Source of the DNA: an uncultured Ardenticatenia bacterium
GTDB taxonomy: Bacteria > Chloroflexota > Anaerolineae > 4572-78 > NAK82
DNA length: 64,000 nucleotides
Direction of reading: 5' to 3'
NCBI GenBank assembly: GCA_937127125.1
Contig: CAKZLO010000014.1
Location: forward strand, 36,255-100,254
The number at the start of each line of letters is the position of its first letter. The first letter of the stretch is position 1. Both the position numbers and the translations under genes were made by a program. The notes under the pieces are model-generated. The model searched no databases. It was not told the origin of the DNA and saw nothing but the letters and a program-made list of their open reading frames with translations. Below, one piece after another: positions 27,988-38,403 of the stretch.

Positions 27988-29218
27988 GTACTTGCAGGTC
28001 GCACTGGAAAGCATCTCTGCACATAAGTTGCGTTCGATTCTCACGATGTTGGGGATCATCATCGGAGTAGCCGCTGTGCTCACGACAATGGGTATTGGGC
28101 GTGGAGCCGCTGCCAACATCACGGAACGCATCGAGAGTCAGGGCACCAACCTGCTGACCATCTCATCCGCTGCCCGCTTCGTGGGTGGGCTTAGTCAGGG
28201 TGGCGGCACAGCTGGCACGCTAACAATGGGTGACGCGAAAGCGCTACAGGATAAATCACTGCACCCTAGCCTGGTGTTCGTGGCGCCTACCTATAGTGCC
28301 AACGCGCGTCTGGCAGCAGGCGAGGAAAACGCGCAAGAAACCATCAACGGTGTCACAGCTGAGTACGCTCGAGTGCGCAACCTGACAGTTGCCAGCGGAC
28401 GCTTTCTAGAAGCCGATGAAGTGGTACAGCAAGCACGCGTCGTAGTGCTCGGTGCTCAGCTGGCAAGTGACTTGTTTGGTAACGAAGATCCCATTAGCCT
28501 GACTGTCCGCATCAATGGCGAACCATTTCAAGTGATAGGGGTGCTCAAAAAGGTGGGTGGATTCGGCCCTAACAGCCCTGACAGGCAAGCCTACGTTCCC
28601 ATTTCGGTTGCACAAGGACGCTTGTTCAATGCGCCTCGCCACCGTGGTGAGTACACAGTCAGCGCGATCTATGTTCAGGTAGCTTCACAGGATCTGATGG
28701 ACTCGTCGCAGCGTCAGGTTGAAGCTACCCTGCGCCTGCGCCACAACCTGAGGGCAGATCAGGATAATGACTTTTGGATTTTTAACCAGGCAAGCTTGCT
28801 GGAGACAGCTGAGAGCGTCTCGCAGACAATGACCATCTTCTTGGGTGCCATCGGCGCGGTGAGCTTGTTGGTAGGGGGTATTGGCATTATGAACATTATG
28901 CTCGTTTCTGTGACCGAACGTACACGCGAGATCGGGCTGCGCAAGGCGGTGGGCGCTCACGACGGTGACATCCTGCTACAGTTCCTGATCGAGGCACTGG
29001 TGCTTTGCCTCTTCGGAGGAGTAATTGGCGTTATCTTGGCCTATGGCGTTGCGTTTGCTTTTGGCCAGATGCCGGCAGTGGGGTTCAAGGTCGCGATCCA
29101 ACCCGATTCGCTGGCCTTGGCGCTAAGCTTCAGCCTGTTATCAGGTCTGATATTCGGGATATATCCCGCCATGCGGGCCACTCAGCTCGATCCGATTGTG
29201 GCCTTGCGTTCCGAATGA
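27974..29218 (+). CDS. MacB/FtsX-family ABC permease
   Basis: Motifs LRSILTMLGIIIGV and GGIGIMNIMLVSVTERTREIGLRKAVGA; start set at ATG 27974, overlapping the ATPase gene. Confidence 0.92.
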   Translation: MKIVRYLQVALESISAHKLRSILTMLGIIIGVAAVLTTMGIGRGAAANITERIESQGTNLLTISSAARFVGGLSQGGGTAGTLTMGDAKALQDKSLHPSLVFVAPTYSANARLAAGEENAQETINGVTAEYARVRNLTVASGRFLEADEVVQQARVVVLGAQLASDLFGNEDPISLTVRINGEPFQVIGVLKKVGGFGPNSPDRQAYVPISVAQGRLFNAPRHRGEYTVSAIYVQVASQDLMDSSQRQVEATLRLRHNLRADQDNDFWIFNQASLLETAESVSQTMTIFLGAIGAVSLLVGGIGIMNIMLVSVTERTREIGLRKAVGAHDGDILLQFLIEALVLCLFGGVIGVILAYGVAFAFGQMPAVGFKVAIQPDSLALALSFSLLSGLIFGIYPAMRATQLDPIVALRSE

Positions 29219-29291
29219 TTGGTGCAGATAGAAGGGCTGCGACAAACACCAATAGAAGCAAGCTTATGGAATACCTGCATGGGAGATTGGT

Positions 29292-30950
29292 ATGAGAGTC
29301 AAAAAGGCCTTGATCATACTATTTATAGCACTAATAGCAGTGGGTGTGCTTTATCATTATCGCACCTGGGTGTTAGACTTCTTCGGGTTGCAGGTAGACA
29401 GACGGGCAAGCAGCGTTCCTGCTGTGACGGACAGTACCATTGCCACTGCAGGGCTGCCTGCGATGACCACCACTCCTATTCGCGCAGCGACGGATACCAA
29501 CAGTGTCAGCGCTGCTGGTAACGTTGAGCTGGCGGCAGAGTACCCTGTAGTGCTGCAGGTGGGCGGCATTGTCTCTCAGGTTGCTGTGCAGGTCGGAGAC
29601 AAGGTTACAGCAGGCGACCTGCTGGTAGCTCTGGACACGACAGACTTGGAACGGGCTGTAACCAGAGCAGAGCTGAATTTGGCCAGTGCACAGGCCCAGC
29701 TGGACAAGTTACGTGAACCGGCTGATCCAGCTGAGATTGCCGCTGCCGAAGCAACCCTGGAATCGGCTCGCCAAAGGCTGGCCGATCTCGAAGCGGGTCC
29801 CAGCAAAGCTGAGTTGGCTGCCGCTGAAGCTAATCTGGCAGCTGCTCAGGCCAAGTATAAGGAGCTGAAGGCAGGACCGAGCGAAGCGGAGCTGACCAAG
29901 CTAAAAGCTGCCTTGGAACAGGCCACAATAGATCTGCAACAGGCGCAATGGGCCTATGACCAAGTTTCTTATAAAGGAGATGTTGGTGCATCTTCCCAGG
30001 CCGCAGCACTTCAGAAGGCTACTATTGCCTTCAATGCTGCCAAAGCAGATTATGAAATCGCCTCTGCGCCAGCGAGCGAATCAGAGCTGCAAAGCGCATT
30101 GAATGCCATCTACGCAGCGCAAGAACAGCTGGAAGCTTTGCGCAAGCAGCCCACTCAGGCAGAACTGGCGGCCGCGCGCGCTGAAGTGGCTAATGCCGAA
30201 TACCAACTAAAACAGCTGATCAAAGGCCCGGATGCAGCTGAACTACAAGCAGCAGAGATTGCTGTAGAACAGGCGCGTATCGACGTGGAGGAAGCGCAAG
30301 CAAATCTGGCACGAGCGAAGCTATACGCGCCGATATCCGGTGTGGTCCTGTCGGTTGACGTGGAAGCAGGACAACAGGTGCAAGCTGGACTGACTGCAGT
30401 GACCTTGGCCGACTTGAGCAAGCTCCAGCTCACCGTGAACGTGGCAGAAGTTGATATCACCAAAGTGCATGTAGGGCAAAAGGTAAGGATCACGGTGGAT
30501 GCGCTCCCCGATAGAGTACTAATAGGTGAAGTCAGTCGCGTCGCCCCGGCGAGCGCTTCGGCATCCGGTGTGGTCAACTATCCTGTCACAGTTCGCCTGA
30601 CGGACGCCGAGCTCCAGGATGTGCGTCCTGGCATGACCGCAGTTGCTACGTTGATGGGAGAACAGATGGCGAATACGTGGTTGGTACCAACCAACGCTCT
30701 GAGTCAGTACCAAGGTCAGACGGTGGTGACGATCGTGCGCGATGGTAGGCCAGTTCCTGTTGCTGTAACACCACAGGGATCACAGGGGGAATGGACCATT
30801 GTCCAGTCGCAGGAGCTCCATGAGGGTGATCAGGCATTGGGCAGTGTTAGTTCACACCTTGAGCAAACGCAGAGCACATCAGGCCCACAGGGCACGCGTG
30901 GTGGTGGTATGGGTGGTGTCATGATGGGACCGCCCCCGCCTGGCCCGTGA
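29292..30950 (+). CDS. HlyD/MacA-family periplasmic adaptor subunit with a long coiled coil
   Basis: N-terminal TM, lipoyl-like half-domains (VQVGDKVTAGDLL; LYAPISGVV), Ala/Glu/Gln heptad repeats and RPGMTA. Confidence 0.9.
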   Translation: MRVKKALIILFIALIAVGVLYHYRTWVLDFFGLQVDRRASSVPAVTDSTIATAGLPAMTTTPIRAATDTNSVSAAGNVELAAEYPVVLQVGGIVSQVAVQVGDKVTAGDLLVALDTTDLERAVTRAELNLASAQAQLDKLREPADPAEIAAAEATLESARQRLADLEAGPSKAELAAAEANLAAAQAKYKELKAGPSEAELTKLKAALEQATIDLQQAQWAYDQVSYKGDVGASSQAAALQKATIAFNAAKADYEIASAPASESELQSALNAIYAAQEQLEALRKQPTQAELAAARAEVANAEYQLKQLIKGPDAAELQAAEIAVEQARIDVEEAQANLARAKLYAPISGVVLSVDVEAGQQVQAGLTAVTLADLSKLQLTVNVAEVDITKVHVGQKVRITVDALPDRVLIGEVSRVAPASASASGVVNYPVTVRLTDAELQDVRPGMTAVATLMGEQMANTWLVPTNALSQYQGQTVVTIVRDGRPVPVAVTPQGSQGEWTIVQSQELHEGDQALGSVSSHLEQTQSTSGPQGTRGGGMGGVMMGPPPPGP

Positions 30951-31008
30951 TGGGCAAGCAATTGTTCCTGTTTCTTGGCAGGTTGATCAGTCCAGTGGGA
31001 GAGTCATT

Positions 31009-32112
31009 ATGAAGCAGGGTACACATGCATTGCAGTTGACAGGTTATCACAGGTGGGTTGCCGCCGTGATAGTGGTGCTGTGTATAGCTGTGGTGGCGAC
31101 TGGTACGGCGGCACAATCCACAGCTGAGCGTGGAGGCAGGCTAGTTATTCAGACGACCAGTGGGGGACCTATCTACATTGTCAACGAGGATGGCACTGGG
31201 CTGCGCTATCTGACCGATGGCATGGATCCAGCACTCTCTCCAGATGGGCAATGGGTTGCATTCACGCGTTGGGACGGCACGCAGAACGGGGCAACAGGTA
31301 GCTTGTGGATCATCCGTGTGGATGGCAGTGATGCACGTGCTGTACTGGGAGACATCCCACAGCCCAAATCCCCAGTCTGGTCGCCTGATGCCTCCCGGAT
31401 CGTTGTGACAGTGTTGAAGGGTGGTCGTTTGGAGCCCGAGCGTAAGTGCAGCAGCGAGAGACCACCCCGTGAAGCCTATGATGTGGAAGTCAAGCGCGAA
31501 ACAGACGACAGCGGCCGCCCCAAGATACGCTTTTGCTACACATTGCCAGCCCATACATATTGGGGATTGCGTGCGGTAGACGTGACGACCAGCACTTTTG
31601 AGGATCTGCCGGCCAACCTCTTTTCCAATTCGGCAAGCTGGGATCCGGTTAACCCTTGGCATTTGGTTCATCGAGGAGAAAGGGGCTTGGAGAACGTTGA
31701 TCTCAACCGCGGCGTCACCTGGCCGTTGACGAACGATGTGAACGACCACTCGCCTGCCTTTTCCCCTGACGGTAGCAGGATTGCTGTGAGCTACTGGCAA
31801 CACGATCATTGGGAAATCCATCTGATCAACGCAGACGGCAGCGGACGTGTTCGGCTGACCGAGACCTCGGCGCGAGCCGCTATCGAGCAAATGATCAACA
31901 AGGAAACCCCTCGCTCCTGGAATAATGCGGCACCGTGCTGGTCGCCGGACGGATCGCGCATTGCGTTCGTGACGGATCGCAGTGGTCGTTGGGAGGTATG
32001 GGTGATGAACGCCGATGGTAGCAACCAACAACCCTTATTCCCGCCCGAGGTGCAGGTGCAGCTCAATCTCCAATACAATGGGATGGACGAGCGCATGCTC
32101 TCGTGGCGCTGA
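31009..32112 (+). CDS. Secreted TolB-like beta-propeller (PD40 repeat) protein
   Basis: Signal peptide; repeated PxxSPDGxxIAF and xxMNADGS motifs. Confidence 0.85.
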   Translation: MKQGTHALQLTGYHRWVAAVIVVLCIAVVATGTAAQSTAERGGRLVIQTTSGGPIYIVNEDGTGLRYLTDGMDPALSPDGQWVAFTRWDGTQNGATGSLWIIRVDGSDARAVLGDIPQPKSPVWSPDASRIVVTVLKGGRLEPERKCSSERPPREAYDVEVKRETDDSGRPKIRFCYTLPAHTYWGLRAVDVTTSTFEDLPANLFSNSASWDPVNPWHLVHRGERGLENVDLNRGVTWPLTNDVNDHSPAFSPDGSRIAVSYWQHDHWEIHLINADGSGRVRLTETSARAAIEQMINKETPRSWNNAAPCWSPDGSRIAFVTDRSGRWEVWVMNADGSNQQPLFPPEVQVQLNLQYNGMDERMLSWR

Positions 32113-32174
32113 TCCCCTGTTCATAAAGCATCCTCTTTGACCGCTCACCGTGCCTTGGTTCATTCAATCTTGGC

Positions 32175-32203
32175 TTGGCAGATGCTCTCCTCCTCGCTAT
32201 AAT
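32175..32203 (+). promoter_or_regulatory. Putative sigma70 promoter of the gdh pair
   Basis: TTGGCA-N17-TATAAT. Confidence 0.6.
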
Positions 32204-32340
32204 GTAGCAAAGGGTTAAATTGACAGCAATGTGAGAAACTGCCGCGCGTTTCCAGCCGCATTGCGCCAATTTCGATCCGCATTCGTGGGGGCGACTGCCT
32301 TGTCGCAAATAAGTAGAAGATATGGGAGGTTGGCAACACG

Positions 32341-33591
32341 ATGCCAGAGGCGCTTAACCCTTTTGAGATTGCTCAGCGCCAGCTCGACGAAGCAGCAGAG
32401 TTGTTAGGTCTGGACGAGGCAACTCACCAGTTGCTGCGTTGGCCACGTCGTGAAGTGAGGGTCACCATACCGCTGCGCATGGACGACGGTGACGTGCGCG
32501 TCTTTCACGGTTACCGTGTCCAGTACAATGATGCCCGTGGGCCAACGAAAGGGGGCCTGCGTTGGCATCCGGATGAGACGCTGGACACAGTACGCGCTAT
32601 GGCAGCTTGGATGACATGGAAAACAGCTGTGGTAGACATCCCCCTGGGCGGTGGTAATGGAGGTATTACTTGCAATCCAAAGGAGCTCTCGGTCACCGAG
32701 CGTGAGCGTCTGGCGCGTGGCTACGTGCGTGCCCTGTATCGCCTAATAGATGAAGACACCGACGTGATGGCACCCGATGTATACACCGATGCTCAGGTGA
32801 TGGCCTGGATGATGGACGAGTACAGCATTTTGCGCGGCCACAATGTTCCAGGCATTATCACCGGCAAACCGGTGACATTGGGTGGTTCTGCAGGACGACC
32901 CGATGCTGCCGCGCGAGGGGGTGTTTACACCGTGCGCGAGGCGGCGCGGGTGCTTAATATTGAGCTAAAAGGCGCTACCGCAGCGATCCAGGGTTATGGC
33001 CACGTAGGTCGAGCTCTCCACAGACTGGCTGAAGAGATGTTGGGAATGAAAGTTGTGGCCCTTTCGGACTCCCAGGGTGGGGTCTATAGCACCGATGGTA
33101 TTCCTTATGAAGATGGAAGCGCTTGGAAGCGCAAGACCGGAAGCGTGGTGGACATGCCCTTCACCCAGCCGATCAGCAATGCTCAATTGTTGGAATTGGA
33201 TGTCACTGTGCTCTTTCCTGCAGCGCTGGAGAATGTTATCACTGCCTCGAATGCCGGCAATGTGCGGGCACGAATTGTCGCCGAGCTGGCCAATGGACCG
33301 ACCACTCCTGAAGCGGATGTTGTTCTGCACCAGAATGGCGTCTATGTTATTCCTGACATTCTGTGTAACGCGGGCGGCGTGACGGTGAGCTATTTCGAGC
33401 AGGTCCAGAATGCCTATAACTTCTACTGGGAGCTCGACGAAGTGTATCAGCGCTTGGATGCACGGATGACCGCAGCGTTTCAGAAGGTACACCAAATGGC
33501 AGTTCGGCGCGGTGTCCACAATCGCTTGGCAGCTTATCTGGTGGCTGTGCAACGTGTGGCTGAAGCATGCAAACTGCGAGGTTGGGTATGA
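32341..33591 (+). CDS. Glu/Leu/Phe/Val dehydrogenase family protein with a degenerate active site (probable regulatory subunit)
   Basis: GDH motifs [21 protein letters not shown] and [10 protein letters not shown], but GGGNGG in place of GG[GA]KGG. Confidence 0.88.
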   Translation: MPEALNPFEIAQRQLDEAAELLGLDEATHQLLRWPRREVRVTIPLRMDDGDVRVFHGYRVQYNDARGPTKGGLRWHPDETLDTVRAMAAWMTWKTAVVDIPLGGGNGGITCNPKELSVTERERLARGYVRALYRLIDEDTDVMAPDVYTDAQVMAWMMDEYSILRGHNVPGIITGKPVTLGGSAGRPDAAARGGVYTVREAARVLNIELKGATAAIQGYGHVGRALHRLAEEMLGMKVVALSDSQGGVYSTDGIPYEDGSAWKRKTGSVVDMPFTQPISNAQLLELDVTVLFPAALENVITASNAGNVRARIVAELANGPTTPEADVVLHQNGVYVIPDILCNAGGVTVSYFEQVQNAYNFYWELDEVYQRLDARMTAAFQKVHQMAVRRGVHNRLAAYLVAVQRVAEACKLRGWV

Positions 33592-33639
33592 GGGCTGGCG
33601 AGAAAAGCCGTTCCAGCGCGTGCAGTGTGAGCTTGAGGT

Positions 33640-34950
33640 ATGTGTCTTATGGAACAAACTGTGCAAGTTGACGACAAAGGTGTAACCACTGAATTGACGG
33701 GTGATTTGTGGAGCACAGTGCTGACCCAGCTGGATGAAGTTGCCGAGCGGTTGCAGCTGGATCCAGGTATCCACGCGATGCTGCGTCAGCCAGAACGTGA
33801 ACTGACTGTGGCGGTGCCTGTTATGATGGATGATGGGCACATCGAGGTGTTCACGGGATATCGCGTGCAGCACTCCAGCGCACGTGGGCCATGCAAAGGT
33901 GGCATTCGCTACCACCCCGAAGTGAATCTGAATGAAGCGCGTGCCCTCGCTGCTCTGATGACATGGAAGTGTGCTGTGGTGGATGTTCCCTTTGGCGGCG
34001 CTAAAGGGGGTGTTTCGTGTAATCCACGTCAGATGTCAGAAGCGGAGATCTGCCGCCTGACCCGTCGCTATACCGCTATGATTATGCCAATTTTGGGGCC
34101 ACGTCGAGACATTCCGGCGCCGGACGTGAACACAAATCCCCAGGTGATGGCCTGGATGGCCGATACGGTGAGCATGCTGGAGGGAAGTTCGGTCATCGAG
34201 GTGGTGACCGGAAAACCCGTGGTGTTGGGCGGCTCGCTGGGCCGTAACGAAGCGACAGGTCGAGGAGTGGCTATTGTTGTGCGCGAGGTACTGCGACGGT
34301 TGGGCAGACCAGTGGAGGGCACACGTGTGGCCGTGCAGGGGTTCGGTAATGTCGGGTCCGTTGCGGCAAGGCTTTTGCAGGAGATGGGTTGCCGCATTGT
34401 AGCAATTAGTGACGTGAGCGGTGGATTGCGTAATTCGCGCGGGCTGGATGTTGCCGCGATTGCACACTACTTGGGAATGCATCGGCGCGCGTTGCTGGCG
34501 GATTACCCAGCGGATGATGCGGAACGTATCAGCAACGAAGAGCTCCTGACGGGAGATGTAGATGTATTGGTGCCAGCTGCGCTTGAACACCAGATTCGCG
34601 CAGACAACGCAGCTGCTGTGCAAGCTCGCATCATCGTGGAAGGAGCTAATGGTCCCACCACCCGTCAGGCAGATGACATCCTCAACGAACGTGGCGTGGT
34701 CGTCGTGCCAGATATTCTGGCAAATGCTGGTGGTGTGGTGGTCAGCTACCTGGAGTGGGTGCAAGATCTGCAACGCTTTTTCTGGGAGGAGGAGACAGTC
34801 AACGCGCGGCTGGAGGCGATCATGCAGCGCAGTCTACATGAGGTGTGGGAATTCAGTCAGGCGCATCAGGTTCCCTTGCGGCTTGGAGCTCATATGTTAG
34901 CTGTGAGAAAAGTGGCAGAGGCCATTCAAACCCGGGGCATCTTTCCATAG
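33640..34950 (+). CDS. gdh: Glutamate dehydrogenase (Glu/Leu/Phe/Val dehydrogenase family) with intact catalytic motifs
   Basis: Motifs GPCKGGIRY, MTWK, GGAKGG, DIPAPD, EATGRG, QGFGNVG and EGANGP; start may be 33649. Confidence 0.92.
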   Translation: MCLMEQTVQVDDKGVTTELTGDLWSTVLTQLDEVAERLQLDPGIHAMLRQPERELTVAVPVMMDDGHIEVFTGYRVQHSSARGPCKGGIRYHPEVNLNEARALAALMTWKCAVVDVPFGGAKGGVSCNPRQMSEAEICRLTRRYTAMIMPILGPRRDIPAPDVNTNPQVMAWMADTVSMLEGSSVIEVVTGKPVVLGGSLGRNEATGRGVAIVVREVLRRLGRPVEGTRVAVQGFGNVGSVAARLLQEMGCRIVAISDVSGGLRNSRGLDVAAIAHYLGMHRRALLADYPADDAERISNEELLTGDVDVLVPAALEHQIRADNAAAVQARIIVEGANGPTTRQADDILNERGVVVVPDILANAGGVVVSYLEWVQDLQRFFWEEETVNARLEAIMQRSLHEVWEFSQAHQVPLRLGAHMLAVRKVAEAIQTRGIFP

Positions 34951-35024
34951 ATTCCAGGAATGGGTATGATGTTCGATCGTGCGTGTCGCTCTTCTCCGTG
35001 TGATCAGAAGGGGAAAGAAGTCTT

Positions 35025-36317
35025 ATGCGTCTGATACAGCGTTATGTCGGGCGGGGGGTAGTCCTGTTAGCATTTTGGACTGGTGTGATAATGGTGGCAG
35101 GGTGTTCCTCATCGTCGTGGCAGGAGATTAGTGCAAAGGTGGCGACCTTCACACCAACCGCTGCTCTAAAAGCCTCACCCGTTATTTCTCTGGCTGCTAC
35201 CACTCCAACTGCTCCAACAGAAGGATCGACCGTTTTAGCTGCAAAGGAGACAAAAGTCCCTCCTGGTTCTTCGGCTGGTACGAAGACACCAATCGTTGTC
35301 ACATATAAGACCCCAGAACCAACGCGCACGCCGACCCTAGCTGTGCCGACTCCTACGGCTACAGTGTTCATTCCCGAGCGACCAGAAGGTGAGAATCCTC
35401 TTACTGGTTTGACCGTGAGTGACCCCAGTGTGCTCAAACGAAGGCCGGTTGCGGTGCGGGTGGGCAACGATCCTGCCGCGCGACCACAGGCGGGTTTGTC
35501 CGATGCGGATGTGGTATATGAGGAAATCGTCGAGTGGTGGGTGACACGTTTCACCGCCTTTTATTTGAGCTCAACACCTCAGGTAGTCGCTCCGATCCGC
35601 AGTGCACGCCTGATCAATACGCAGCTCACGCTCCAATATCAGGCTGCACTGGTCAGTTCAGGGGGATCAGATGGAGTGCGCTGGGAGCTTTCCCAGCTGC
35701 CGATCGTCAATCTGGATGAATACTTCTACCCGCAACCGTATTTCTACCGTAAGAACGAAAGCTGGCAAAGACGGCTGGCCGTAGACCTCACCGCTGTACA
35801 CGAATTGATGTCCAGGAAGAACATGGAGGCTGCCGTTGTATTACGCGGTTTTGTCTTCTCCGATGCCCCTATAGGCGGGCAGAAGGCAGAAGTGATCTTT
35901 ATCCCGTATCCACGACGTACCAGCCAGACGCTGTGGCGTTACGACCCATCCAGTGGCTACTATCTGCGCTGGGTATCGGGTGAGCCCCTGATGGATTCCA
36001 CGACGCAGAAGCAGATTTCTGCTGCGAACGTGATCGTGTACTACGCGCTGCATGAGCCGACGGACATTGTGGAAGACAGTAATGGTGCCACCTCGATCCG
36101 CATCATTGTCAATGGAGAGGGGCGTGCACAGGTCTTTCGCGACGGTGTTGTTATGGAAGGACTTTGGCGCACCGATGGCACCCAAACACCTGAGTTTGTC
36201 TTCCCTAATGGAGAACCCATCCCTCTTAAGCGTGGCAATACATGGATCGAGGTCGTGCCGCCGGAGTATCAGATTCTGGTGAATGCGACACCGACGCCGG
36301 CAGCAAAGCAACAATGA
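35025..36317 (+). CDS. DUF3048 (YerB-like) lipoprotein
   Basis: Lipobox-like MVAGC, Pro/Thr linker, RPVAVRVGND..ARPQAGLSDADVVYE and PIRSAR. Confidence 0.85.
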   Translation: MRLIQRYVGRGVVLLAFWTGVIMVAGCSSSSWQEISAKVATFTPTAALKASPVISLAATTPTAPTEGSTVLAAKETKVPPGSSAGTKTPIVVTYKTPEPTRTPTLAVPTPTATVFIPERPEGENPLTGLTVSDPSVLKRRPVAVRVGNDPAARPQAGLSDADVVYEEIVEWWVTRFTAFYLSSTPQVVAPIRSARLINTQLTLQYQAALVSSGGSDGVRWELSQLPIVNLDEYFYPQPYFYRKNESWQRRLAVDLTAVHELMSRKNMEAAVVLRGFVFSDAPIGGQKAEVIFIPYPRRTSQTLWRYDPSSGYYLRWVSGEPLMDSTTQKQISAANVIVYYALHEPTDIVEDSNGATSIRIIVNGEGRAQVFRDGVVMEGLWRTDGTQTPEFVFPNGEPIPLKRGNTWIEVVPPEYQILVNATPTPAAKQQ

Positions 36318-36330
36318 GCTAACATTTGCG

Positions 36331-36594
36331 CTAACGGCGCCGCTCGGTGAGTAAGCTGAGCACCGTGATGAGCAGTACAGCGCCCACGATAGCGGTAAAC
36401 AAGCTCCCAATGAGTCCAGGCAGGGCTTCGTCAATATTAACGATGCGAAATAGCCAACCACCTATCACGGCGCCGATAATGCCCACCACCACGTTGCCAA
36501 TACAGCCATAGCCGCGTCCTCTAAGGAGCATCCCGGTCAACCAGCCCGCAAGGCCGCCGATGATAACCCAGAGTACTAAGCTATAGCCGGTCAT
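36331..36594 (-). CDS. GlsB/YeaQ/YmgE family (transglycosylase-associated) small membrane protein
   Basis: IIGGLAGWL...GNVVVGIIGAVIGGWLF...AIVGAVLL pattern. Confidence 0.88.
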   Translation of the reverse strand: MTGYSLVLWVIIGGLAGWLTGMLLRGRGYGCIGNVVVGIIGAVIGGWLFRIVNIDEALPGLIGSLFTAIVGAVLLITVLSLLTERRR

Positions 36595-36691
36595 TTACAG
36601 TGCTCTCCCTTCAAACGGTAACGTTGCTTAGGCGAAAACAGTTAGGATGCACTGCGGATACTTTGATGGCTGGCATAACAGAGTTATCTCA

Positions 36692-37318
36692 TCAACCAGT
36701 GCCAAATTGGCGGTCGCCGGCATCACCCAATCCAGGAACGATAAAACCATTTTCGCTTAGATGGCTGTCTATGGCTGCGATATGTATTGGGACATCAGGA
36801 TGGACACTTCGCATGGCACGAAGCCCTTCGGGCGCGGCAATGATCCCTACAAACTTGATGCGCTGAGCACCCCACCGCTTGAGAATATCTGCTGCGGCAA
36901 TCGCCGACCCACCTGTTGCTAGCATCGGATCAAGAATAAGACAGACTTGCACGGTAGGATCTACTGGCAGTTTATTGTAGTACTGCACAGGTCGGAGGGT
37001 ATGTTCGTCGCGGTAGAGGCCAATGTGCCATACCTCAGCGCCTGGCATCATCTCCCAAATGCCATCCACCATGCCTAAGCCAGCACGCAAGATTGGCACC
37101 AGGCCAATTTTTTCACGCAACAGCGCACCCGCAGCGCGTCCGAGCGGCGTCTGGACCTCGGTGCGATCGAGCGCTAAGTCAGCGGTTGCCTCGTAAGCCA
37201 GCAGCATAGCGATTTCGCGAATAAGCTCCCGAAAGCGCTTGGGCTCGGTAGCGATGTCGCGCAGCTTGGTCAGCTTGTGTCTGACCAACGGATGACTCGA
37301 GCAGAAGACATTCTCCAT
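36692..37318 (-). CDS. upp: Uracil phosphoribosyltransferase
   Basis: Motifs [28 protein letters not shown] and [11 protein letters not shown]. Confidence 0.96.
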   Translation of the reverse strand: MENVFCSSHPLVRHKLTKLRDIATEPKRFRELIREIAMLLAYEATADLALDRTEVQTPLGRAAGALLREKIGLVPILRAGLGMVDGIWEMMPGAEVWHIGLYRDEHTLRPVQYYNKLPVDPTVQVCLILDPMLATGGSAIAAADILKRWGAQRIKFVGIIAAPEGLRAMRSVHPDVPIHIAAIDSHLSENGFIVPGLGDAGDRQFGTG

Positions 37319-37385
37319 CGACGCCCCACCATCTCAGTTGTGTGAGTGGACTAGTCGCTCTGTACCAGCCTGAAATCTGCCAATA

Positions 37386-38384
37386 TCAGATCTGGCGCCA
37401 ATCAAATTCTGGTTCTGGTTTGTTGGCCAGTATCGCTTCGATGTGGTCCATCACGGCTGGTGTCAGCTTGGGTACCACATCGAGCGCTTTCATATTTTCA
37501 ACAACCTGTTCCGGTCGGCTGGCACCGGTGATGACAGTGCTCACGTACGGATTCTTAAGACACCAGGCCAGTGCCAGTTGTGCTAGTGTGCAGCCTAATT
37601 CTTGCGCGATAGGTGCCAGCTGCTTGACTTTCTCGATATTGCGCCGCCCCTCCTCGCTTTCAATGCGTTGACGAACCCATTCATATCCCTTTAAAGTCGC
37701 TCGTGATCCTTTTGGGATCTCCTCGCTATATTTGCCGGTGAGAAGGCCGCCTGCGAGTGGACTCCAAACAGTTGTCCCCAGGCCAATGTCCTCATACAGG
37801 CGGCGATATTCTTTTTCCACCCGTTCACGATGGAACATGTTGTACTCGGGTTGTTCCATAGTGGGAGGGATCAGATGCTCGCGGCGTGCAATCTCATAAG
37901 CAATACGAATTTGTTCCGCACTCCACTCACTGGTGCCCCAGTAGAGCGCCAGTCCATTGCTGACAATGTAATGCATGGCCCATACGGTTTCCTCAATAGG
38001 GGTGAAGATATCAGGACGATGACAGAAGATAAGGTCTACGTAGTCCAGCTGCAGACGAGCCAGAGAAGCACGAATGCCTTCCAAAAGATGCTTGCGTGAG
38101 AGGCCACTGCGATTAGGTGCTTTGCCGCCCCAGAAAATCTTGGTCGAGATCACAAGGTCAGAACGCTTCCAGCCGGCGCGCTTGATAATGTTCCCCATGA
38201 TGATCTCTGCCTGGCCCGCCGCATACGCTTCGGCGTTGTCGAAGAAATTGACACCTGCTTGATAGGCAGCTTCCATACACGCGTAGGCGACATCTTCATC
38301 AATCTGCTGACCGAACGTGACCCATGAGCCGAACGAAAGTGCAGAAAGCTCCAGGCCCGATTTACCGAGACGACGATACTCCAT
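37386..38384 (-). CDS. Aldo/keto reductase (Kv-beta-like subfamily)
   Basis: Motifs [31 protein letters not shown] and WSPLAGG. Confidence 0.92.
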   Translation of the reverse strand: MEYRRLGKSGLELSALSFGSWVTFGQQIDEDVAYACMEAAYQAGVNFFDNAEAYAAGQAEIIMGNIIKRAGWKRSDLVISTKIFWGGKAPNRSGLSRKHLLEGIRASLARLQLDYVDLIFCHRPDIFTPIEETVWAMHYIVSNGLALYWGTSEWSAEQIRIAYEIARREHLIPPTMEQPEYNMFHRERVEKEYRRLYEDIGLGTTVWSPLAGGLLTGKYSEEIPKGSRATLKGYEWVRQRIESEEGRRNIEKVKQLAPIAQELGCTLAQLALAWCLKNPYVSTVITGASRPEQVVENMKALDVVPKLTPAVMDHIEAILANKPEPEFDWRQI

Positions 38385-38403
38385 AGCATTCCCCCTAAGA
38401 GCA

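Noticed and set aside
29700..30320. Repetitive Ala/Glu/Gln-coding DNA as a tandem repeat or array
   Set aside because: It is the degenerate coiled-coil repeat of the HlyD adaptor, with no fixed repeat-spacer structure. No CRISPR array was seen anywhere in the window.
31141..34773. Long antisense ORFs (296, 316 and 245 aa) opposite the PD40 and gdh genes
   Set aside because: They show no recognisable motifs, and stop-poor antisense frames are expected opposite codon-biased genes.
36692..37318. upp as the counterpart of the APRT homologue that regulates Thermus GDH
   Set aside because: It is a canonical UPRT with intact motifs, on the opposite strand and two genes away.
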